A stretch of 64,000 nt of DNA from Balanoglossus misakiensis (Eukaryota; Animalia; Hemichordata), in the NCBI GenBank assembly GCA_040954595.2, contig CM082594.2, positions 10,730,276 to 10,794,275 of the forward strand, written 5' to 3'. Below the pieces are notes generated by a model that saw nothing but the letters and a program-made list of their open reading frames with translations, searched no databases and was not told the DNA's origin. This document shows positions 44,401-57,700 of the stretch, one piece after another. Numbering within the stretch: position 1 is the stretch's first letter; every line of letters starts with the position of its first letter. The position numbers and the translations under genes were made by a program.

Positions 44401-47400
44401 AAACCCGTCTATTCTATTGGTTCCTTCATTTCACTCTCTCTCTCTCTCACGCTCCCTTCTGCATCTCTCTCTCTCTGCATCACTCCATAGTTTCTCCCCA
44501 TATTTCTATCAGGTAACTGGCACTGATCACAAATCACTCACCACTTATTTTTCCTGTATCTTTTATTCAACGCAGCGCGTCGTCTTCCTGTCCATGCCGG
44601 CAATTTATTTGTAGCAAACTCACAAAATGACAGGATCAAAAGACACAAAAACCTTCCTTCATTTCCTCCACACCACTCTCTCCACTGAAAAAATCATGCA
44701 CTAAAATACATAATGGTTAATAAATAGCCGGGATATTTTGGGGGAATTTTTTTTCCTCCTCTAAGCTTTAATTAATTTTAATGTTAGATATAGACTACTT
44801 TTAACAAACAGTCTCCACACACCCTCCCTTGGGGCTTAACCCTGATTTAAATTTGAAGCAGGTCACTTTTTGAGGATAACCCTGGCAACTGTTATGCTAA
44901 TGATATGCAAAGTAGTGCATACATTGCCGACATTGACATGTGAAATAATGAGGTGTGACACATTATTTGGACTGACTCAGTCGCCAGTGTTTATAATAAA
45001 CGGTTTCTCTCTCCACAAGGATTCCTTGTTCCATATCAGTGGCCATTTTCACTCAGACCCCAATTACAGCACAGTTCCCCTTTGACAGAAACTCGGGCAC
45101 ATGGACCTTCATCACGATTCATAGAATATCAAGTTCTGTGTCAAGTTAGCGCATAGTCACATCAATTTATTATTATGCGACTAAATCTGCCCGGTTACCG
45201 CGATAAATATTTCAGGATACTCATCGCAGTTTCACGGCAGAGCCGTTGCATTACAGATGAACTGACATCGAGATGTCACTAGACTTCGCAGGCCACGCGA
45301 CAAACCCATCTACTTTGGTACACTTCGCTGACACTGCGACGTCACCTTCTGCGCAAAAGTGGGTGACACGCTCTCAGCACCTGAGCAGCATTCCCTGAAC
45401 TACAGATGTAGTTCCGCTATGCTGGATTACACATTCTATGCTCCACAAACACAAATAAAACTATCCAAATGTTCTGCAAGGGCAGCTGAAGATGTTTATC
45501 CTTCAAGAAAGGTATAAATACCATACCCAGTTCTAAACTGTATTTGCTTGCATTGAAAAACCATCCATAATACAGCGGGTATACATACCATATTGTATAC
45601 ATATGGTCTTTCATACACTAACACATTTTCCCCATCTGATATTGTTCAATTTCTCACAGATTAATGAAAGGTACATTAGTTGAATTAACGTCCATACATA
45701 TTTATTCTGTCCTAAACTGTGGGTAAAATTTTCAAAATGTTTCAAATGGTCTAACTGTCAAGGCGCTGTTGGAAGAACGTGATTCCAACTTTTCCTGTAG
45801 GCGTTTTTCCACCCACAATTCAAAGACACACTTGGCGAGAGATGAAACTGACAAGCGAAGGGCGTTCTAATGCAATAAAAAGTGCAGAAATTGAAGAAAT
45901 ATCACACATAACTTGTGAAAAAGCTGCATACAACTTTAGGGTCTCCTGAGCCCTATCAACCTGTCATTCCGAATAAGTGTAATTTAGTGGGACGGCGACC
46001 AGGGAGCCTGTTAGCAGAAAACTGGAGACACACCTGTGGTTGGGAAGCATGACATGATCATTAAACCGCTGTGTTCTCTAATAAATAATATTTCCTTTCT
46101 CAGTAGACCTATTTTTTTCCAGGCCATAATTTTCTTGATTGGGTTTGATCCAATTACTCGAGACTTGATGTGACTTTTAATGCTGTTGTTTTTTGCTTCT
46201 CGTAGGATATTCAATGACCTCCGCACGGCCTTTTTTCAAAAATCAGTCAAGGTAGAAAAAAGTTCAAATTTGGGGACAACACCAGATCGCGATGATCAGG
46301 ACCGTACATGGCCACATCTGAACGACTGAACTAATTAGTCCTGGTTGTGAACATCAAGAGAAGCTACTGACAGGAGATAAGCTCTCCGTAACTCTTCAGG
46401 GAAAATTGCAACAAAATATGACAGACAAGTGCAGACTTCAAGAGGAGTACAAGTCTCTCTGGTTCACAGTGCAATGATCTCTTCAATGTCACTGTCACAG
46501 AAGTATTTTCTGGCTAATCAGAGTGTAGCGAACGCAGGAGTGTAGGTCAATAGACTTCTAAGAATAGCTGCGAGTTGCTAAACAGTGTTAAGACTTGATT
46601 CGTCATAAATGCTGTGTAGAAGACACAGATTCGACACTCAACACAGAGAACCTACCAATAAACGACGGAACAGACCAAACAATACTATCTCTAGCATTAT
46701 ACCCTGACATTTTTTGCGTGTAGCTAGGTAGTCACTTTGCTCACAAGAAAGACCTTTAGCGAGATCACGTTTATCATGCTTCCCTGTTCTACAACAAAAA
46801 CTAGTGATGCAGATAAAATAATTAGCTTCAATTTTATAATCTAGTTACTCAAATTAAACACACCATAATCACACTACGCTCCGACACCAAGCTGGAAATC
46901 AATCTCAATATGATGTATAAATATACAAATTGAAATGGTATGCCGATGGTTTTGTGCCTATTACTTTTCAAGGTTTAAAATCAACTCTAATTTGGACAGC
47001 CATAAATCAGAAATTATCCTCACTTCTTTCATCATTACACATTATTTCCCTGTGAATAATTCAGTGAACACAGAGAAAGCAGCCATCAAAGTTACAGAAT
47101 TTCTCCATATTTGTCAGTTGGTGTGTTTCAACATGAATGAGGAGGTAAAACACACTGGTAGACTTCTGCGAGGAAAAAATTTGGATCCAAAATTCATGAG
47201 ATGGAAATCTGGGAGCGGAGAGCTTCAAACGGGATACGTTCATCCACTACAGTGAACCCCTGCCGGAAACTTATCCATCCAAGAAAATCAAATTGAACAA
47301 GAATTCCCCAAACACCAGCAGCAGAATTATAATGATCAACACGTTCTTAAAGATAAACTGAACAAGTGACCTAGAAACACTTCACCCAAACAGCTTCCTA

Positions 47401-50400
47401 TTTTAACACAGTTAACAGAATGTCCAGCCTTCTAAAGCTTCAACACACAAGATGTACAGGCACACCAGTACAGCCATCTCTTCAACTCGACTTCAACTTT
47501 ATTCTGTACATCTCAAAGACAGTATGCGGCACAAACAGGCCACACAAACACATTAACCAAATGCCAATCAACACACTGCATACCAAAACATCTCCCGAAA
47601 TTCTTACCCAGTTAACGTATTAAGCACCGCATGAAATACATCATAATTTTATTTTCTGAAACTGTCAGAAAGTGGAACAAGTCTATTCCTATGTTGGTCG
47701 TATACTCTCAGATGACCGGCCACCTGTCTCTGTTCCAGTCCCTGGTTCATGATGAAAATTATTTTATAGCTGTAATATTTCCGATGTTGGCATTTATTTC
47801 AGTACACAAACAACCAAAGTGAAGGAATAACTGTGCTTCAGTAGAAGTTCTGAAGCCAAGCATCGTACTTGTTAGGTATGGGGGGCACTCGGAAGATAGA
47901 AAACTCAAGCCGGCCGAGTTCCACTAAACAGTCACATCTCCCTACAAGTTAAACTCGCCACAGTTGCCACTTCTAATGCGTGTAAAGCTTAACCAACTCT
48001 CAGCTACAGTTACCGTCACACAATCATCACCTTGATAAAATTGGCTGCGATAGCCGCGCATTGAAAAACCTGACTGTAAAATAGCCACTGCCTCCGGAGA
48101 ACAGTCTCCACAGGGAATCCCCAGTTGCAAAAGAGCTCCCGTGGCTGATAATTTCATATTTCTTGATGTGCATATAGTGAAGTGTTTTCCATCAAAGCAG
48201 TCATTGTGGAATAGTGGGTTGAGCAACACCGGGGCTTAATGAGCCTGTGATAGACTCAATAATGACTGGCAATACAGTGGGAATAATTTGGAAATAAATA
48301 GGAGCAAAAGTGGACGCTAATATGATAAATTATGTTTGGTGTCTATAGGGTTCTCAGTTAATTTGTTTTGTGTCCCCAGACACTGATTCGCAGCATACAG
48401 CACTTAATAGAAACAGCTACTGGGACAAAGTCATTATTCACTGCAATCCATTTTCCGAGAAATTACTTCTTGATACAATTAAGAATTTGATTAGATTAAC
48501 TACAATTCCAGTCGCTGATACACGGCGCGAAATATAGACGCTTAATTGTCGCACTTGTTGGCCGAGAATAGAGGGAGGGAAGACATTATGTCATACAGGA
48601 AACGATGCCTCAATGGAAGGGCTTATGCAAAGCACCTGGGCACAGCATGGCAATTGCGGGCTATCGGAGGTTTTCAATTAGCAAACTTCCATTGATAGAT
48701 CAACCGAACACTCTAAACAGGATACACATATGCCAATTTCTCCACTTGACGGTCTCACACAACACTTGGGCACAACGCCTTTCAAATGATCACTCACTAA
48801 AGCCTTCATGTATCAACAAGTTTATCACAATCGCCAGCGTTACTTCCATCCTCCATTACGCCACATCTTGACTGTCAACTGCATTCGGCTGTCAATGGTC
48901 ACTTTTGATTTGGTCCACTTTTATCTAATCTGGCCCTTTTTGCTCGTTAAATTGATACTGCACATCCGATGTGATGACAATGAGTCAGAACCAATAAAAA
49001 TACTCGCACAGGACAGTATCTTTAGCTTTTGGGAAAAATATTTAGTTGACAGGGACGAAAACGGCTTGTAGTATTCCCCAAAAACATACAGGAATCCTCA
49101 GTATTCGACTCACCAACACCACCTGCATGTAATGTGCACTGTTTTTGTTGAAAACTCCATCAATATTTTACACTTGCTTTCGTTCGAACAAGAAACCCGA
49201 GAAGATACACAGAACAGGAATAGTGAAAACAAAATTATCAAAAAAGTTACAGATACCGCCCCTTGGTCAAGTGTGCACAAGGCAAACCAATGACACAACA
49301 GACTAAACGCCGTAATCCCCAAATAAAGTTTACTTCAGAAAAACTGAAGTTGTGGCACCGATCTCAACATTCCTGACATGTATCACTCATAGTTGATTTC
49401 TCCTTTCCTCGAGATATATCAATTGCAGTTTTGAAGAAATCGCATCTCCTCTGACTTCCTTTCTAAAGCCACTGGTCTCTTTTTATTTATCGCCCTGTTC
49501 ATTTAAACTCATCCTCGGTGTTACAAAATATCCATACCAGGGAATTGCTTCCCTCCAAGGTTTACTTCAAACCAGTCATACGAACCTCATCACATGTCAA
49601 CTGACAGAAACAAATTTCTCCCAAGCAGCCTTTACCATGCAGCCCAGAAAACTGAAACATGACTTAGATCTGCCTCGCGGGAGCTATCAATTTATTTTGC
49701 AGACTTGGAAAATCCACAAGCAGCAAAACATAGTTTTTTATGAATGCCACCAAGGTGTCTGTGGAATACAAATGATGCAGCTGAACAGGCTATATGTCGT
49801 CGTCTCAAACTTTGGGGCGAAGACTCTTTGGGGACAATTTTTCAAGAAAAAGGAAATCGCAAATCCTTATATTCTTTGATTTATTCAATCTTGTGAGATG
49901 GAAAGTAGACAAATTTTGTGCAGCAACCCCTTTGATTTTGAAGAGGAAAAGTTGACCACCAGTTTCTAGCTGCTTGCTGGTCTGCCAGTTTACTTTCTCT
50001 TTTACAAGTCCCTTGTTTTTTCCCCTTCTCAGTTTCTCGACTGCATTTCTGGAAACATGTCCGCACTGTGACCGCACCACTTTTGGAAATATATCATAGC
50101 CGTCTTAATTGAGAAACTCCAGGCCATAATTCACAGTAAGTCATAAATTTTGGCATTTAAATTTTTGCTGGAACATTCCTGACCGTAATAAAAGTTACAA
50201 TGAAAGTAATGAAAAGAACCTGTTTTCCTTCTTGACCACAGAATCACAGTGACACACGATAAATCTCTTCACAACTACAGTTTCAGTATGCAGTGCTCAT
50301 AAATTTTGGCTAATACATAACTTCTGTACAGCCACACGTACTATTACCTTGTTTCCACTTTGGGCAAGAGCTCGGATTTCCAACCCGCAAAAGGAAAACA

Positions 50401-51753
50401 ACAAAGAGCCACAGAAGACGAGACGTGCTTTGCCTTGAAGAGATTTTTGCAGAGGAAACTGGCATTTAAAAAGTCCAAAAAGGCCCGCTTGGAAATCAAT
50501 CGCTGAAGTCTGGAATCTACACATTATACATATCAATCATAAACATGTAATCAAAATCTGCTTAAGAACCAGGGAGAGAAAATTCTAATCCTGGCAAGAT
50601 GGATGAGTGGCTTTTAATTACAAAATCTCCAGTAAAATACTTCTAAGTGAAGAGGTATTATGACTTCGTTATTCAATGATACATCCTGTCCAACAGTGTC
50701 CTGTCCACATCTTGCCTGCACCACCTGAAGATATGATATTGTCAATCACTCAGGCATCTCCTATTAACGTCTGTCACCAGTGTCGAACTCACTCTCAGAA
50801 ACATTCTCCAGTTCAACAGCACAACAAAACCGACAAGAAAAAATACCTGCTAAATGCGTCTTACCTTGCCTCAGCCAACTTGAGATAAGACACTGATTTC
50901 AAACCCCTTGAACATTACTCCCCAGTCGCTGGCTCTTTTATCAGCTAATATCACCAAATTTCAATCATCAAAGATATTCAACCTATAATCAGCAAGCAAT
51001 TGTCTGCTGCTACAAGTCCGCTTTGAGATTCGACAATTTCAATTACACAGCCTTGTGCCCCATAATAACCTAATAAGTCAATATGTCCGCCGGGACTATC
51101 ACCGCTAACACACTCAATGGCATGCTTATTTGGGCAATTTCCTTGTGATGTTTCAAACACAGCTCTGTGCTCCAACTCTCTTGACAGGAGAAGGCAGGTT
51201 AAATGACAATGCTGGTTGACTGCAATTGCTGCTAATTTACTGATTCCTCTTGGTGATATAACAATAAGATGTATGGTAAGGAGCTGCTTTCACCCACACT
51301 TCATCACGGCCTGTCACGACAAAGACACGATTTCGCCTGATTGAAAAATGTACCCAAAGAAATTGAGGGCAAACACTTGACTTGACCCGTTAATCCTATA
51401 TGTTGAACCCACAAACCAAATTACAATTTCAGTGCTTAGTTTGTTTAATAATTTGGCAGCATGCATACTGGTCCCGGTGGAGGTTCGGGGTCAAAAGCCG
51501 GCCCTGATTGTATCAATTGTCTTGTCGATTTTTACACACAGCAGAAGAGTTTGATCACTTGCGCCTATTAACCCTCCTGAACACCTGGACACTCCCAACA
51601 CCTGTGAAGGTTTGCTTTTTCAAATGAAGGTGACAGGTACACGGAGATCAGAAGACTGATAGAGTCAAGATTGTCTCTTTCAGAGATTCGTCATTCTCTT
51701 CACAAGATTCCCTTGGCATGCTTATAAGTTGTGAATTAACTGCTGCCTTTTAC

Positions 51754-51790
<37 letters not shown>

Positions 51791-54700
51791 AGAGAATAAT
51801 TATGTTTCCTCTCAAATCTCCCTTGTTTGTCATTTGACACAACTGCGTGTAATTAATCTTGGCAATGTTTCTGTAAAAACTATAACGAGCAAGAAAAATT
51901 ACTGTCCTTCCTGTGCCGTGTTGCTATCGCTGTCAATTGGTGACAGCACGCAGTTTGTCACTTGCACTGTTTATTGTGCCGTAATGGTCTACTTTTCCAT
52001 AATGGCATCGATTTATGACTTCATTGTTCATAAAATGCATTTGCTATGTTTCATTCAGATTAGCCATGATACCCTTAGAACTGGATTCAGTTACCACCTT
52101 CAATCCACACGGGTTATTGATGGGAATTTTTAAAATTTCACACCGTATCTGTGGATTTTTTTTCTCTCTCGAAGAGTTGCATCTGTATAAATTGGCCTCT
52201 TTCTCAAATGATTTGTATTTCTAATGACAAGTTCTCCCCAGTAGGTCTGTTCAACCAATACTTTATTGTCATTCATCATGGCAATTTCAATGTGAAATGC
52301 TCGTAGATTTACAACAGTATTTTCTTGATGAAAATCAGACACTGATGGTACCGGTACAGGTCAACACTCAGGGTATGCTGTTCAGCAGAGAGGCTGTGGC
52401 GCTCGGTTGAAAACTCTGTGCGAATTTTATCAGAAGAGCCGGACAGCAAACCAACACATGCACAGGTATATTCACAGCCATCCGTTGTACCATCTGACAA
52501 ATTGCAAATTGACCATCAACCTACACACCAATCAATAAGTGTACTCAGTACTAAACTCTCTCTCTCTCTTGCCAATAAAAAAAGACTTGGCAACAGTGTC
52601 CACTCCATCAACTGTTGCACCATCTACCCCACCACACTTAATCAACAGCAGAGCTGATGGAGCATATTTCTCACACATTACTCTCCACACGACATGTAGA
52701 GGCACGCACGACACAATGCCATCACAAAAATATATCTCCAATCAATTCAGGATCTTCTCACTTCACCAATCACTTCAGGCATTTCCTGCACACAGGCCAG
52801 GAAGCACTTCTATCTTCTCCCCGCACAGACAACCACTTACGATCATCACAAAAAACACACACACAATACAAACTGCGCTGTAGAACTTCAAAACGTGGTT
52901 CTGATGGCGCACAAAGACACTCGTGGAAGAAAACACCGCGTCAATCATAAATGCCAGAGATAACTCTCCCTGAAACCGGGACACAATTCCCATAATGTCA
53001 CTCGTCATATTTCCTCTGACGCATTGAAAAATAACAGGGGTTGTCTGAATTACGACTGTCCACGGTCACTTTCTGAGAGCACTTTATAAAAATCATCATG
53101 CCCAACATTTGCATTTCAGAGGCAACACGAATACCAATTTGGATGAGTGACGGTATTTGAGAGAGCGCACAACCTTGTCTCACTGCTGGTCACCTTCTGT
53201 ACAGGTGGATTGTGAAAATGGCAATGCGGAAGGGCACGAAATACTGCAATTGCCCAGAAACAGCGACTGGTGAAACCACAGACGCGACAAGCGCCGCATG
53301 CAATTCGCATGAGATAATGCAATACTTACCCATGAATGACGACATACTACTATTATTGGAGTTCATGTCATAGGGATTGGACATGTTGTTATTAAGCATT
53401 CCTCTGTCGTTCATGTGATCGTTATATGATGAACCCTCGTACCCCTGAAACAAAAAAGATGACAGAAATTACACGTTAAACTTTGCACTATGTATACCTT
53501 TCTTTCTTTCTACATGTATTTTAGTGTTAACAACTTGTTTCTGTCCCATGCACATTTCATAATTGCTGCCACAGTGATATTATTCAAAACTAAGTAATCT
53601 AAATATGAATTTCTTGCAAACGGCATGTAATAAAACTATCACTATGCTCCCTGGCAGGAATCCACTCGCCCTCCTGCATTGGGCGAATAATTGCCGGCCC
53701 TCATGCCCACCAGTTTCATACACAGACTGTGATATATCACATGGCCATAATCAACATTACGATAATGGATTTCCCTAGCTGTATTTACAAAACATGCATC
53801 ACGCTGGCTGCTTGTATGAGACGATATGACACCATGTTAATCTTGAAGATAATGGTACACACTGATCCTTGGGACACTCAAATTGTCTGATACCATGGAA
53901 CAGTGTAATAAATTAGAGTTCCCCCCTACCAGGTCTGCTTTTTTATGTTTTGCCCTGGTGGTTATTTTTTTTATCAAGGGGTGTGTTGGCCATGTACACC
54001 AAAGAGATAGAAAGTTACATTTCAAGAGGAACATTGACAATCACTTTGTTTTAAAATGTTCTAAATCTCCCACGTCAATGCTGCATTACAAATTTTCAAT
54101 TAATTCTCTGAAACTACTCATTCTGCAAACCAGCTTTCAAGGTTAATAGGCCAAAGTTACTTGTACAGGTTGCACACAAAAATAACCCTTGAAATGACAC
54201 TTTAAGTGAAATACCCTTTTTCCTGGCTATGTCTACTGAGTGAATGAGAGCCAATAAAATTGACCATATTCATAAAATATGTAAATATCTTGCCTGATGT
54301 ACGATAATAACCCAGAGATGTATGCTAATCGGCTTTGCATTTAACACCCGCCCCCATCTCTCCAAGAGATCATCTTTACCGCAAAACTTCTCTAGGGAAC
54401 TGAATGGTCATTACCACTTATAGTGACCTTGTAAAACTTTATGTATATTCCGTTACCAAAAGAGAAATTTTGCACACAAAAATATTCACGGACCAAGCAA
54501 ACCCCGTTAAGTGACAGGGTAACTTTTATGAGTGGAAAATCCTGAAAGATGTTATGTTTAAATGACCACTTTCACAAATTTACACAAGTCGTTTTGATTC
54601 ATGACTTGTCTTTAATGCCCGTATGTGAGTTGCATATTTCATGCCGATACTTCCCAAGTCGGATATTGATTTTTTTTTTGTCTGAGAGGCCTTCCCAACA

Positions 54701-57700
54701 GCCATCCCGTTTAATCAAATGGGCTTCGTTTTCCTGGACAGAGAGATAGGTAAACTTGCGAGACCCGAGCCAATTACAGATATTGACTGCGGAAAAGTCT
54801 GACTGGGAAACTGCCGAGCGATGGGAAAAGAACTCATACAGGGCTAGACACTGTGGTTATCAGATAGAATTTTAACACACAGCAAACATTTCCTGTTTCT
54901 TTTCTCCGCATTTCTTTTTCCAGGATGGCGGCAGTTTGCATCTCATCATTTCACACAAATATCGCAATGCGAGGTTGCCGACGACGACAGTGCTCCTTTG
55001 TTTGGACTCGCCAAGGTCAAAAGGTCGCAAGTGCCAGGATATCCTGAGGTTACTCATAAGCTAAAAAATACAACTACCGCCAGTGTCAATCGATAGTCAT
55101 TAAACATTGAAACATGAATAAAATCATGCAGAGAATCAGACTGTTTTGGCAGAATGACATGGACAATATTTCCATGACAACTAAGTACTGATTTTGATAT
55201 TCAGAAGATAACGTTACACAGGAAATGGGGTTATTTTATTATTACTTTTCTTTGTTTCATAAAAAAATCATAAAACAGTCATTCTGGGCTGGTAAACCTG
55301 ACACAAGCATTGGGATCACGTCCAACAGGACGAGGTCATTGGGCCAACCATCCACAGACCTGTCCAGAGGCAGTCAAAAACTTGTCAAGAGCGACTCACA
55401 AATGTCATATCAAAGCAAGATGGTCATCAGATAAAAATCATAATTCCTCATTTGATTGTGTTCTCTCTCCATAAGCTCTACTGTAATGGAGACTGTCGGC
55501 TTGGGAATAAACTCCAGTCGGGAGAAGAGATGGTGTTTTGTGGTTGTTTTTTTACACTGGGCTGCCGTGGCGACGATCATCTTTCATCTGATGACTACTT
55601 GATCGTTTTCTCTATCTTTTTTCTCTCAGCATAGGTTTACCATCAATCAAAGCGAGCCCAGCAACGCATTCATTACCACGCTGACAATGAAAGCTCAAAA
55701 TCAGATTCGGCCAGCTTTTTTGTTCATTACTAGCTGTATCAGTTCCGTAATAGAAAGGTGAGTCATTACAACCGTCCTCGCCGATTGAAGGCACTTTCTC
55801 TTCACTCTCCTACTCCTTTGTTTGCTTTCTTTTCCCGCAATTTCAAAGAAATATTCCTTTGGCTAGGAAAAAGCATGCAAAAAAAAAAAACAGCTGTCAA
55901 AAAGTTGAGCCATAAATTTAAAAGACTGTGACCTTCTATGCAATTCGAGCAGATAGTATGTAGACCAATTTATTTTTCAAAATCAGGAACAGTTTTCGTT
56001 TCTAAGATTTATGTAAATTAGCTACACAACCTCGCCTTTGATTGGCCAGAGTTCCACGCTTATTTTGCAACGAACTCTGTACATAATAAGTGGGTACCAA
56101 CCGTTGAACGACTGAAATAAATTCCCACAAAAGTAGGAGGCTAGTTGGAACGCATCAGACTAGCCTTTCACAAGGCAAAAGTCGATTATCACTTAAGAGA
56201 ATGTTTCGATCTTTGTCATTTAGTTCAGCCACATACTTTTTATCGTCTTCTCCATCATGAACGGAACTGCACACATTTACGCATAAATGACTCATAAAAA
56301 CACTATCCCTACATGTTCTGTGTTTCTTACTCATCAGCCACACCATGTTCCATCAGCTGAAGCTCTTTTTATCTCTCTTTTCTCCTGTGGCCGTCTTTTG
56401 ATTTTCTTTCAAACTGCATAACACTAACAATTAATTCTGTAAACCCGAACCCGCAACACTAACTCGTATCATCTTTCAGTTCAAACGCCATGTGGCATCG
56501 TCAAGTTCAACAGTCTGTCACCAGGTGGGGCTGAACAGTACGCACCAACTGCCCTGGTTACCATTAAAACCTGGCGCGAATCCACTTGCGAGTTAACATA
56601 ACTGACTCTCTCCTATCTTGTTTATAGGATCAAGGAGGAGGGGCCAAATGCTTCCTGTCAAGTTCTGCTACTGTTCCGTGAATTATTCCAACTATGTGAC
56701 ACCGCCACCTAACTCCGGCATATATTCCGCACTATCAGACCCTGTCCGGAAGGGGGTTTTGGATTTCAGCGAGTGTGCATAAGGTCAGCCCGGCAATGGG
56801 CTCCAGACCTGGCAGGTTACTGACACACCCCCACTCCGAGGGAGTCATTACGCGAGAGGTAAAATTTTATTGGGGGAAAGGATAGGAAGCGGAAGCCATC
56901 ACACGCGTGATATACGAGCGGTGTAGCCATGATAAAATGATGATTATTATAGGATAGGGCCAAGTGCTCAACAAAACAACAAATCCAGGCAATGGACAGA
57001 ACATAGCCAGGAGTAAAGAACAACCTCCTGTAAGATGTACGAAGACAGTCTTTCGAGATCAGCTTATCGGGTTAAACATTCGCCACAACATCCAGGAAAT
57101 TTTTCTTTCACAGCGGTACAATGCTTAAAGCCCTCATTTCGGAGATTTCCCAAAATCCCTCGGCTGATGCTTCCATGGAAATGGCCGACCCGCACTTTAC
57201 AGCTATTTAACCCGGAAAAGTAACTAGCTTTAGATCAGAAAACCCAACGAAGATTATTCCCTATAAGCCTGTAGAGGGGGAAAACAGGCAAAAATCTACC
57301 ATTTAAGGGAGATTAAATTTGAAAGGGTCAGAGCAGATGAGGGGTGAGGGGTCGCACAGATTGGACGTAATGATGTTCTTGACGCTACAAGACAATCTGA
57401 CTGCTAAGCCAGCGCTTTTGTCGACATCGCAGTTATACTAGGTGAAACCAAATCAGCAGATACTTCCTAAATCGCTTCTCTGTCACACTCCTTTTACTCT
57501 TATTCCCCAGTCTTTCAATATTTGGAAGTTATTCACTATTAACATTCAATTTTCCCCGGAAAACAAATTGTATGCCGATATAATGAACGGCTAGGGACTC
57601 AATGAAAGGGGGTGAAAATTAAAAGCAGCAGAATTCAATTGATGCAGCAGCCTGTGCTAGCCTCAGGGCACGGGCAGAGGGATTACTGTTGTCCCACTAT

